Source of the DNA: Candidatus Giovannonibacteria bacterium RIFCSPHIGHO2_01_FULL_45_24
GTDB taxonomy: Bacteria; Patescibacteriota; Minisyncoccia; UBA11713; 2-01-FULL-45-33
Direction: 5' to 3'
Assembly (NCBI GenBank): GCA_001778495.1
Contig: MFHE01000010.1
Span: 55,292 to 119,291, forward strand
Length of the DNA: 64,000 nucleotides
Numbering within the stretch: position 1 is the first letter of the stretch; every line of letters begins with the position of its first letter. A model generated the notes under the pieces. The model was not told where the DNA came from. It saw only the letters and a program-made list of their open reading frames with translations, and did not search any database. Below, one piece after another: positions 18,521 through 27,170 of the stretch. The translations under genes were made by a program, and so were the position numbers.

Positions 18521-18940
18521 CTATAGCTTTTTACAGGCACAAGACGGAAGACTTGAAATCGATTCCGCGGGATTGTAATTTGTTGAAGCAATGCAGATTA
18601 AAACAGTGCCTGGATCGAGCCGGGCATCATGCCAAACATCGCCCGGTATAAAAAGAGCCCGATCGCGGCTATCCAAAACCACCTCTTGGCATTCTTTCGC
18701 ACTATGAAGGTTTGTCGTGACTCTTCCCACGGGGACGAGCCAGATCTCTTGTTTCCCTCCATGAGGATGGTAGTGCCCGCCACGTTTAATAGCATCTCCA
18801 GTGTTGTTGACGATGTAATAAACCCTGCGAGCGGCCTCGAAAGCGCCATTTGTATCTCTAATAACTTCGGACGCCACCAATACCCCGCCGCGCTTTTGAT
18901 CAACGAATTCCAAAAATTTGACAACGGCCCATTTAGTCAT
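18521..18940 (-). CDS. Cupin-fold sugar epimerase/ketoisomerase-like protein (WxcM/RmlC-like)
   Basis: RGGHYHPHGGKQEIWLVPVGRV...ALFIPGDVWHDARL. Paralogous to 7977..8393. Confidence 0.5.
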   Translation of the reverse strand: MTKWAVVKFLEFVDQKRGGVLVASEVIRDTNGAFEAARRVYYIVNNTGDAIKRGGHYHPHGGKQEIWLVPVGRVTTNLHSAKECQEVVLDSRDRALFIPGDVWHDARLDPGTVLICIASTNYNPAESISSLPSCACKKL

Positions 18941-18975
18941 TGTTTGCGCCTCTCCTTTCTGGTTACAAAGCTATA

Positions 18976-19662
18976 TTACTTTATTGGCTTAGTCAAGAGC
19001 AGGTGGAATGTATTAAAATATAACGGACGAAGTAATGTAAAATATAAAACAAAAAACGGCAAGCGCGTAGCGCCGAAGAATTTTCTGATTTTTTCTTTTC
19101 GAATGTCTTCTGCGGAAAAACCGGCGGCGCGGACAAGCTTCGCGGCGCGGCTATAAGTGTAATAATGCATCGTAGTCAGTTTCTGGCGGCCGGCGGAGCC
19201 GTCCTCTTTTTGTTTTCCTAAAAATTTTAAAATCGGCCCGGTCCACGCTCTTGGCATCCAATTAATAAAATGCAAATGATAATGGTAATCGTAGACGCCC
19301 CAGCGGTTGTGGAAACTTATGTAGCATCTGCAGCCGGGCTTCAATACGCGGAAAATTTCCTGAAGCATGCGCGCCGGATTATCTACGTGCTCGCTGACCT
19401 CGGCGCAATTGACAAAATCAAAATGATTATCTGGAAACGGCAAATTTTCCGCGCTTGCTCGGACAACTTTTCCGCCTATGGCGGAAAAAACGCGCTCTGG
19501 GCTTGACTCCACTCCGTACGCATCAAATCCCAAGCCGGCCATCTCGCGCAAAAAATTTCCTTTGCCGGAGCCCACGTCCAAAACCTTGCCGCCAATCGGA
19601 ACAAATTGTCCGCAATATTCAGCGTGGCTCATTTTTATTAAAAACAAAAAACTTATAGCCAA
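18976..19662 (-). CDS. Class-I SAM-dependent methyltransferase
   Basis: VLDVGSGKGNFL...GVESSPE...FDFVNCAEVSEHVDNP...RVLKPGCRCYISF. Confidence 0.65.
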   Translation of the reverse strand: MAISFLFLIKMSHAEYCGQFVPIGGKVLDVGSGKGNFLREMAGLGFDAYGVESSPERVFSAIGGKVVRASAENLPFPDNHFDFVNCAEVSEHVDNPARMLQEIFRVLKPGCRCYISFHNRWGVYDYHYHLHFINWMPRAWTGPILKFLGKQKEDGSAGRQKLTTMHYYTYSRAAKLVRAAGFSAEDIRKEKIRKFFGATRLPFFVLYFTLLRPLYFNTFHLLLTKPIK

Positions 19663-20224
19663 GGAAGTTACCCATGGCGGATGCCGGTATCAGAACCAAA
19701 AGCGCGAGATTCGCCCAAACTTTCAAATCAAAACCGGAGGGAGCGCCGATGGTGTTTATCATCAAGTGCATAAATAAGAGCCCCAAAAGGGATGTGGCAA
19801 TCGTTATGCTGAAAAATTTTGCGTACTGGGCGTGCGCGCTGTCCAAATCGTTCGCCTTAAAAATCCAGAATTTATTCCACAAAAAACTTTGCGTTATCGT
19901 TATCGCAAAAGCCATGATTATAAAAACGTCCACCAGCCAGCCGCTGGCAACGCCCGTAATCAAAATGAAAAAGTTGAAAATGCCCGCGTCCAGAAAAAAA
20001 TTGAAGCATCCGACGAGGCCGTATTTTCCCAGCTCCAGCAAGACAGGCCGCCTCGCCGACATCAAATAAATCAAATAAAAACCGGCGGACACTGCTGCGG
20101 GCATGAAAATCAGCCAGACGACGACAAATGCCGGCTCAAAAAAATTTATATTTTTTAACGTCGGCAAAGTCAAAAGCGCGATAGCTTCCCCAACGATTGC
20201 TACCCTCAAAAGTTCAAGCCGCAT
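19619..20224 (-). CDS. GtrA-family membrane protein (polyprenyl-phosphate-sugar translocase/flippase-like)
   Basis: GKYGLVGCFNFFLDAGIFNFF...FLWNKFWIFK...NFLGYKFFVF has the GtrA four-TM pattern. The true start may be an internal Met near 20104. Confidence 0.6.
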   Translation of the reverse strand: MRLELLRVAIVGEAIALLTLPTLKNINFFEPAFVVVWLIFMPAAVSAGFYLIYLMSARRPVLLELGKYGLVGCFNFFLDAGIFNFFILITGVASGWLVDVFIIMAFAITITQSFLWNKFWIFKANDLDSAHAQYAKFFSITIATSLLGLLFMHLMINTIGAPSGFDLKVWANLALLVLIPASAMGNFLGYKFFVFNKNEPR

Positions 20225-20227
20225 AAC

Positions 20228-21271
20228 TCAAAAAAAATGCTTAGCGATTTTTAAAATCCCCTGTTTCCACGGGACGCGGTGGGATACTCCGGTCTGTCCC
20301 TTGAATTTATCCACGTTAGCCAAATACCATTCATAGTTGCGGACGAGCGCTTCTTTGTTGGAATATTTTGGGCGGAACCCCAAAATTCGTTCAGCTTTCT
20401 CCACTGACACAAAAGAGTCCTTGCCTGCGGTTTCATAAACCCATCTGTAAAGCGGCGAAAGCTTTAAAAGCTCCAAAAATCTCAAAGTCCAAATCATGAG
20501 AGAGGCCGGAAAACCGATGATTTTTTTCCCGTATCCGGCGCGGTCTAAAACCGCCTGGTAATCTTCGCGCATGGTAGCAAATTCTTTCGCGCCGATATTA
20601 AAGACGCCATTTGTTTTTTCTTTCGGCAAAGTCGCCGAAAGCCAAATCGCCTCGCATAGGTCTTCCACATCCAAAAGCTGGTAGCGGTTTTTGCCGTTGC
20701 CGATCATCGGGAAGCCGTGCCCCGTGCTCACCCAATCGTAAAAAAGCGCAAATACTCCCAGGCGCTCGGGCCCCACAAAAGATTTCGGCCGCAAAATGGT
20801 TACGCGTAGTCCGCGCTTCCGCGCCTCTTCGCAAATACGCTCTGCCAAAATTTTCGCCTCGCCGTATGGTCCCACCCCTTGCAATTTATCATTTTCGTAA
20901 ATCGGGTGATGGTCTGGAATTCCATAAACCGCCGTGCTGGAAATATGTATGAATCTGTCAACGTTGCGCCGCCTGGCGCTTTCTAAAACATTTTTCGTCC
21001 CGTCCACTTCCGTGGAGTATATATCTTTTTTAGAATACAGCGGCAATGCGGCCGCCGTATGGACAACGATGTCAATTCCATCCATCGCTTTATCAACGTC
21101 CGATTTATCTCTTGTGTCCCCGACCAGCGCCTCAACATTGTTTTTTTCAGGGTAGTCAAACGAGGCTAAATCCAGAATTCTTACTTTCTGCCCTTTTTTG
21201 AGCAAAAAACGCGCGAGGTTAATTCCCAAAAACCCGGCGCCTCCGGTGATTAAATATTTTTTTGCTTCCAT
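20228..21271 (-). CDS. Extended-SDR NAD-dependent epimerase/dehydratase
   Basis: [19 protein letters not shown]...VVHTAAA...ISSTAVYG...YGEAKILAE. Confidence 0.75.
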   Translation of the reverse strand: MEAKKYLITGGAGFLGINLARFLLKKGQKVRILDLASFDYPEKNNVEALVGDTRDKSDVDKAMDGIDIVVHTAAALPLYSKKDIYSTEVDGTKNVLESARRRNVDRFIHISSTAVYGIPDHHPIYENDKLQGVGPYGEAKILAERICEEARKRGLRVTILRPKSFVGPERLGVFALFYDWVSTGHGFPMIGNGKNRYQLLDVEDLCEAIWLSATLPKEKTNGVFNIGAKEFATMREDYQAVLDRAGYGKKIIGFPASLMIWTLRFLELLKLSPLYRWVYETAGKDSFVSVEKAERILGFRPKYSNKEALVRNYEWYLANVDKFKGQTGVSHRVPWKQGILKIAKHFF

Positions 21272-21663
21272 AATATAGATGAAATAAAATCGTCAATTAA
21301 ATATGTGACTTTAACAAAAAAATTCTCCCGGCCGGAAATTTTTCTTCGGACTTTAATGAATTCGGCTCCGATATTCTTCGCGAACAGCCCGTCTGTCAAA
21401 AATTTATCGCCTATCACCACAACTTTTTTGCCGGCTATGTCAACACCCTCGGCAGCTTCGCGGCTCGGCTTTTTTGCGCCGTTGCTTTTATTGCTGATTA
21501 AATGAACTTCGTTTTTGGCCTTAAGCTCCGCCAGCTTTTTTAGAACCTCCGGACTCATTTCCCGGTCTCCGTCCGGCCGCAAAGTGCCGTCAATGTCCAG
21601 AAAAATCGTAGCGCTTGACCACGGCGTATCCAGCTCCTCAAAAAACCTTTCACTATCCAGCAT
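21250..21663 (-). CDS. HAD-superfamily phosphatase (HAD-IIIA-like)
   Basis: [11 protein letters not shown] (DxDxT motif I)...HLISNKSNG...[12 protein letters not shown] (motif IV). Confidence 0.6.
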   Translation of the reverse strand: MLDSERFFEELDTPWSSATIFLDIDGTLRPDGDREMSPEVLKKLAELKAKNEVHLISNKSNGAKKPSREAAEGVDIAGKKVVVIGDKFLTDGLFAKNIGAEFIKVRRKISGRENFFVKVTYLIDDFISSILWKQKNI

Positions 21664-22519
21664 AAAGAATTATTGCGGCAGACACTGCCAGCCAGATAAA
21701 AACGGTGAGCGTCAAATTTTTGTCTGAAAGCAAATCGTCCGTCGGGCCGTCGTCGCTCCGCGTTTTTATATTTATCAAAAATAAATACCGAAAAAGCCCG
21801 TAAAGCACGATGGGGATTGTAATCATAAGAAGCTTGCTGTGCTCGGAGCTGAATGTATAAAAAGCGTAGGTGATAATCGTGGAGGGCAAAACAATCGCGT
21901 TCATCTGGTCAAGCAATGCAAGAGAATACCTGCCAAGCCCCTCGCGCGCTTCGGCCTCCTCCGCATGCATAAGCTCATTTTTTCTCTTGGAAATCGCCAA
22001 AAAAAGCGTCAGGAAAAAAGTCGCAAGAATCAACCATTCCGAGAACCGGACATTTATGGCAACGGCGCCGGCGATGACGCGAATCACAAACCCCAAAGCG
22101 ATTGTTATCACGTCAATTATCACGAAACGCTTGAGATAAAACGAATATAAAACATTAAGCGCCAGAAATCCGACGACGGTGAGCGCGAAAAAATTATTTA
22201 TGTAAAAACTCCAGAAAATGGATAATGCCCCAAAAACCACGGCGGCAAAAACGGCTGCGGATTCCGGAAGCTCTCCCGAAGCAATCGGCCTTAAGCGTTT
22301 TTGCGGATGCCTGCGGTCATACGGCGCATCCACCACGTCGTTGAGCAGATAAATAGCGCTTCCGGCGAGGCAGAAAATTATGAAGGCCTCAAAGACGGTT
22401 GCCAGCTTCTCAATATCAAAAAACTGCTTTACGAAAATTATGGCGGCAAAAAGAAACAGGTTTTTAACCCATTGCTTCGGCCGCATTGAGATTATCAAAT
22501 TTTTAGCTAAATCAATCAT
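21653..22519 (-). CDS. UbiA-family prenyltransferase, decaprenyl-phosphate phosphoribosyltransferase (DPPR synthase)-like
   Basis: YLLNDVVDAPYDRRHPQKRLRPIASGEL is the NDxxDxxxD...DR.HP.KR.RPIA.G signature shared with Rv3806c-type enzymes. Eight or more TM helices. Confidence 0.7.
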   Translation of the reverse strand: MIDLAKNLIISMRPKQWVKNLFLFAAIIFVKQFFDIEKLATVFEAFIIFCLAGSAIYLLNDVVDAPYDRRHPQKRLRPIASGELPESAAVFAAVVFGALSIFWSFYINNFFALTVVGFLALNVLYSFYLKRFVIIDVITIALGFVIRVIAGAVAINVRFSEWLILATFFLTLFLAISKRKNELMHAEEAEAREGLGRYSLALLDQMNAIVLPSTIITYAFYTFSSEHSKLLMITIPIVLYGLFRYLFLINIKTRSDDGPTDDLLSDKNLTLTVFIWLAVSAAIILYAG

Positions 22520-22522
22520 AAC

Positions 22523-24382
22523 TTATTTTAACCACTTTTCGCGCCAAAGCTGAAGCGCGATTAAATTCCATAATTCAATTCTGCGATCAACTTTTCCTTT
22601 TTGGTGCTCATTCCACAGTTTATCAATTTCCCTGCCGTTAAACCACATGCTTGTTTTAAGAGCGGAAATTTTTTCGGCTCCAAAACTATACAATTCATTT
22701 TTAAGCCACAAACCAAGCGGCATAGCGAAACCCTGTTTTTTTCTTTGGGCTATGCGTGGAGGGAAATATTTTGAAGCAACGCAGCGCAAAAGATATTTAG
22801 TTGTAAGGCCTCTGAGATGAAAATCTGTGGGCAACTTCAGAGCGTATTCTACCAAATTATGATTCAAAAGCGGAGAGCGCACCTCTAAAGAATTGGCCAT
22901 GCTGGCGCGGTCAATTTTGGCCAAAACCTGATCACCCAAATAAAACTTTCTGTAAAAAGCGATTATGCGCGCCCAGTCATTCAAGTACCCGCTGCGCGGC
23001 AGAGATTCATCAATCAGCTCCGTTACAGGATTCCCGGATAAGGCCGTGTGATGGATATCAGGAGAAAGAATCGCCGCAAGAGTGTCGGTGTGGTTATTAG
23101 CAAGCCATTGCTGATGCCTTAAAACCGCGTCCGATTCAGCAACTAAAAAAAACCTGCGAAGTTTAAAATCCAGCGGCATATACTTGTCCGATGCCGGTAT
23201 AAAGTCGGCTGCCGCCGCATACGCCATCCGCAATACCGGCATAAAAAACTTAAACTTCTGCCACAGCCTTTCAGCGATAAATGTCTGGTAACCCATGAAT
23301 ATTTCATCTCCGCCGTCCCCGCCGACCGCGACTTTTATTTTCGACCCGGCAAAGCAGGATAAAATAAAGGTTGGTATTATTGATGTGTCCGCCAAAGGCT
23401 CGTCAGAAATATCGGCAACTCGCGGGAGAAAGCCCAATACCTCTTCGGAGCCGATAACTTTTTCATTGTGGCGAGTCGCAAGAATGCCAGCGACTTCGCG
23501 CGCGTAAGAAGACTCGTCGAACGATTTTTCTTTGAATCCAATAGAAAAAGTTTCCAGTTCGGGATTTATTTGTTTCGCAAAACAGGCAACTAAACTGGAA
23601 TCTAGCCCGCCGGAAAGGAAAACGCCTAGCGGGACGTCGGCAACCATTGTTTTTTTAACACTGGCGGCAATTCTGCTTTCCAGTTCCTCTCCGGCCTTTT
23701 CCAAACTCAACTCAGAAAATTTTTTATTAAAATCCGGCTGCCAATATGTTTTTGCCGCGATTCTGCCGTCGTTCAACATCAATAACGTTCCGGCTTCCAG
23801 CTTTAGAATGTTTTTCAAAATAGATTTCGGCGCCGGCACTTGCCCGAAGGACAAATAAAGATATAAAGACTCTGGGTCAATTTCACGCCGGATTACTGGA
23901 ACCTCTAAGAGGCCTTTTAGTTCCGAAGCGAAAGCAAATAAATTTTTATCATGAAAATAGTATAAAGGTTTTTCTCCCATTCGGTCGCGCGCCAAAATCA
24001 ACGTTTTTGTTCTCCCGTCCCAAATTCCGATAGCGAACATTCCTTCCAGTTTGCCGAACACATCCAGCCCCCATTTTAAATAACCGCTTAAAATAACCTC
24101 GGTATCGCTTTTGGTTCCGAACCCGTATCCAAGTTCAAGCGTCTTTTTTAATTCCTGAAAATTATAAATCTCGCCGTTAAAAACCACGGCCACTTTGCCG
24201 TCCGGAGAAACCATGGGTTGGCGCCCGCCTTCAATATCAATAATTGAAAGGCGGCGATGCCCAAGCCAAATATTGTTATCTTGAAAAAAATTTTCGTCAT
24301 CGGGCCCGCGATGACGAAGCGCGGCAGTCATTGTTCTGATAGTTCTTTCGTCACCCCCGATTAAACCGGCAATACCGCACAT
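22523..24382 (-). CDS. asnB: Asparagine synthetase (glutamine-hydrolysing) family amidotransferase
   Basis: MCGIAG N-terminal Cys nucleophile...HRGPDD...SGGLDSS PP-loop...618 aa. Confidence 0.8.
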   Translation of the reverse strand: MCGIAGLIGGDERTIRTMTAALRHRGPDDENFFQDNNIWLGHRRLSIIDIEGGRQPMVSPDGKVAVVFNGEIYNFQELKKTLELGYGFGTKSDTEVILSGYLKWGLDVFGKLEGMFAIGIWDGRTKTLILARDRMGEKPLYYFHDKNLFAFASELKGLLEVPVIRREIDPESLYLYLSFGQVPAPKSILKNILKLEAGTLLMLNDGRIAAKTYWQPDFNKKFSELSLEKAGEELESRIAASVKKTMVADVPLGVFLSGGLDSSLVACFAKQINPELETFSIGFKEKSFDESSYAREVAGILATRHNEKVIGSEEVLGFLPRVADISDEPLADTSIIPTFILSCFAGSKIKVAVGGDGGDEIFMGYQTFIAERLWQKFKFFMPVLRMAYAAAADFIPASDKYMPLDFKLRRFFLVAESDAVLRHQQWLANNHTDTLAAILSPDIHHTALSGNPVTELIDESLPRSGYLNDWARIIAFYRKFYLGDQVLAKIDRASMANSLEVRSPLLNHNLVEYALKLPTDFHLRGLTTKYLLRCVASKYFPPRIAQRKKQGFAMPLGLWLKNELYSFGAEKISALKTSMWFNGREIDKLWNEHQKGKVDRRIELWNLIALQLWREKWLK

Positions 24383-24386
24383 ATAA

Positions 24387-25331
24387 TTATTGATTCACTA
24401 TTTTTTCCTTAATTAAAAAGTCCGTGTTTTTCTGCTCATCGCTTCTTTGACGCACAAAAATTTCGGCGAGCAATCCCATCAGTATAAATTGAACTCCAAT
24501 AATAGAGAAAATGGCTACAATTATCGGCAATGGAGTTGAAATAAAACTTTTATCGCCAAAATATTTGAAGTACACCATTCCCAAAAAAGAAATAAACGCC
24601 AGAAAAAAGCTGGCGAAGCCAATTCCTCCGAAAAAGTGAATTGGCCTTTCAGAATAACGATGGAAAAAGTTTAAAGCCAAAACATCAAGCAGAACTTTGA
24701 ATATTCGCATCATGCCGTATTTCGATTCGCCGAATTTCCGCGGCGAGTGTCGGACTTCCATCTCGGCCAATCGCGCCCCTAAAATATGAGCGTAAGCGGC
24801 AACAAGTCGGTGCTCTTCTCCTTTCAGTTTTATATGATCTAGCACTCCGCGTCGATACACCCTAAGAGTGCAGCCAAAATCATTCAATTTTGCCCCGGAC
24901 ACATAGGCAATCAATCTGTTAGCCAAGAGTGACGGAATTTTTCGCAAAAGCATCTGATTATTCCAACGGCTCTTGCGCCAGCCAGAAACGACGTCATGCC
25001 CATCCATTAACTTGGAAATCATATCCGGTATGTCTTCTGGGTAGTTTTCTAAATCGGCGTCAATTGTTACTATGACGTCTCCTTTGGCACTTTTTATCCC
25101 AGCGGCCAAAGCGGCGCTCTGCCCTGAATTTTTTCTTAACCTTAGCACCGTAACCGGCTGAAGATGTTTCATTTTCTCAAAAGTGCCGTCTGTTGAGTCG
25201 TCGTCAACAAAAATTATTTCATATTCCGATCCAATATTTTTTAAAACCATAACCAAACGATCATGGAGTTCATTGACAGTGTCTTGTTCGTTAAAAAGCG
25301 GCACGACAACAGATATAAGTTTGGGCTTCAT
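24387..25331 (-). CDS. GT2 polyprenyl-phosphate glycosyltransferase (ArnC/GtrB/Dpm1-like) with two C-terminal TM helices
   Basis: ISVVVPLFNEQDTV...IIFVDDDSTDGT...VTIDADLENYPEDIP, plus C-terminal hydrophobic helices, as in ArnC/GtrB. Confidence 0.75.
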   Translation of the reverse strand: MKPKLISVVVPLFNEQDTVNELHDRLVMVLKNIGSEYEIIFVDDDSTDGTFEKMKHLQPVTVLRLRKNSGQSAALAAGIKSAKGDVIVTIDADLENYPEDIPDMISKLMDGHDVVSGWRKSRWNNQMLLRKIPSLLANRLIAYVSGAKLNDFGCTLRVYRRGVLDHIKLKGEEHRLVAAYAHILGARLAEMEVRHSPRKFGESKYGMMRIFKVLLDVLALNFFHRYSERPIHFFGGIGFASFFLAFISFLGMVYFKYFGDKSFISTPLPIIVAIFSIIGVQFILMGLLAEIFVRQRSDEQKNTDFLIKEKIVNQ

Positions 25332-25345
25332 ATTAAAAAAGTACA

Positions 25346-27166
25346 CTATTTACTAAACGCATACAAATAAATATTGTTTGACGCGGCAACCTCTCTTAAA
25401 TTTTCAGAAAGGGGCGATAAATCCCATTCCGGATTTTTGTTTTTGTCCCAAACGATGTAATTGACCTCGCCCTTCTTCAAAATGCCCGCAATGCCTTCCG
25501 GACTGGCTACTTTTTGATATTCTCGGAAAAGCAAAGCAGACATTTCGGCCCTGCTTTTAATCACCGCCGGGTCGCCCTTAGCCAAACGAAAACCATATTC
25601 TTCGTAATCAAAACCGGAGTTAAAACCAGCCACAAAAAAGTAAATAAGCGGGTAAAAACTAGTCCCCCATTCGCCCCCGACTCCGTATCCGGCATCCACA
25701 TCGCGAAGCCGGCCCAAAAAATTGTCTCTCGCGTCCTTATCCAAATACATATACACGTATAGCGAGTCGGTAATTCTCTCCATTGGCGTGTTATAAACTA
25801 AAGCCGTAGCATGGCCCCAAAATAAATCATGATGCGTGTACACCGGAAATAACATTGCGTAGGGTAGGGATGACGCGAGAACAACTCCCGGTTCGGCGTC
25901 CGATTTCAATGCGTCAATAATCGGGCGGTAGTTCTGCCTGTATTCTTTGGCCTCCCGCGTAATCAGCGTCACCTGATACTGCCGCGAAGCCGCATTAAAA
26001 TAAGCGGCAATAATCAGCGCCGCCAAAAAAATGGTTCCGTATTTTCGCAACATTAATTTCCCGCGCTCCGCGCCACATACAAGCGCCCATCCGAGGTAAG
26101 CCCCGACGACGATAGAAGTTGGTATTGTAAAATACCAAAAATAGTGCATTAGTTGCGGGACTCGTCCGGTAATTACCTGCTGGTTCAATGCTATCCAATT
26201 TGCGAGAACAACAGACAAAAGCAGCGGAGCGTTCTTGCCCCATTTATTCCGGTACGCAAAAATAATGGACAAAATCAAAACCAAAAATAAAATTTTGCTG
26301 AACGGCGCCGGGGCATGATTCAAAGTAGTCCCATAATACAAAATCTGCTTGCCGATTTCGGAATACTGAAATGAAAATGTTTTAAAAAGAGTGTAAGCGC
26401 CAACGGCAAGCCCGATGGCTGAAACCCAAAAAACTTTTTTCGCTGATTCCCAATCGCGCAGACAAAGATAAATCAAAAACAAGCTCCCTGTCAGCGCCGA
26501 GGCGAAAGTCCATGTGTAGGGGTAAACGTAAAACAGCGCTCCGAATGCAATGCCGGACCAAAGAACATGTTTTCTCTCCGATGATTTCAAACTTCTTGCA
26601 AGCAAATTAATGTAAATAAAAAGCGCAAGAAGCCCGTAAACTGGCATTATTGGCCGGGAAAATATGTTGGGGTCCGGATTGGTTGCAGTAATCGGCACAT
26701 GATAAAGCTTCACTAAACTGTAGCCGCCTATGGTAAATAGCGCTATCGCCGCGGACAGCAACTTATGCGCGGAGAGGCGCAGTATGAAAAAGTAAATAGA
26801 GAAAATCAAAAGAACAACGCCCAAAAAAGCGTAAAGAGTGTATACAGGAACAATATAATCTACCGCTGCGCGAGAAAGCCCCAGCAGTTTAACCGGCGCG
26901 AGAAGAAGATATTCTATATAAACCTGGTGCGGGTCGGACGAATCGTTTTTGCCGATTTTAAGAAAAATATTGCCCAAAGAGTGGCCTTCCAGAATTTCCC
27001 TGCCTTTGGCGATATAGTGGAAGTCGTCCGACCACTCGCCAATATTTATGCCCTTATACGCATCGCCGGCCATAAACGGGAAAAGCAGGGCCGGCGATAT
27101 CACCAAAAGCGCCAAACCGACGGCGGAGCTCAATATAAATTTATGTTCGGTAAAAAAATTAGACAT
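25346..27166 (-). CDS. Polytopic membrane protein, GT-C-like glycosyltransferase candidate (family A, member 2)
   Basis: About 60% identical to the adjacent 27171..28907. GEWSDDFHYIAKGREILEGHSLGN first-loop acidic motif. C-terminal ...YIVWDKNKNPEWDLSPL. Confidence 0.45.
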   Translation of the reverse strand: MSNFFTEHKFILSSAVGLALLVISPALLFPFMAGDAYKGINIGEWSDDFHYIAKGREILEGHSLGNIFLKIGKNDSSDPHQVYIEYLLLAPVKLLGLSRAAVDYIVPVYTLYAFLGVVLLIFSIYFFILRLSAHKLLSAAIALFTIGGYSLVKLYHVPITATNPDPNIFSRPIMPVYGLLALFIYINLLARSLKSSERKHVLWSGIAFGALFYVYPYTWTFASALTGSLFLIYLCLRDWESAKKVFWVSAIGLAVGAYTLFKTFSFQYSEIGKQILYYGTTLNHAPAPFSKILFLVLILSIIFAYRNKWGKNAPLLLSVVLANWIALNQQVITGRVPQLMHYFWYFTIPTSIVVGAYLGWALVCGAERGKLMLRKYGTIFLAALIIAAYFNAASRQYQVTLITREAKEYRQNYRPIIDALKSDAEPGVVLASSLPYAMLFPVYTHHDLFWGHATALVYNTPMERITDSLYVYMYLDKDARDNFLGRLRDVDAGYGVGGEWGTSFYPLIYFFVAGFNSGFDYEEYGFRLAKGDPAVIKSRAEMSALLFREYQKVASPEGIAGILKKGEVNYIVWDKNKNPEWDLSPLSENLREVAASNNIYLYAFSK

Positions 27167-27170
27167 GTAT

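Noticed and set aside
20598-21155. Several 70-110-aa ORFs on both strands inside the SDR gene 20228..21271
   Set aside because: Alternative-frame ORFs within a confidently identified GC-richer gene. No independent support.
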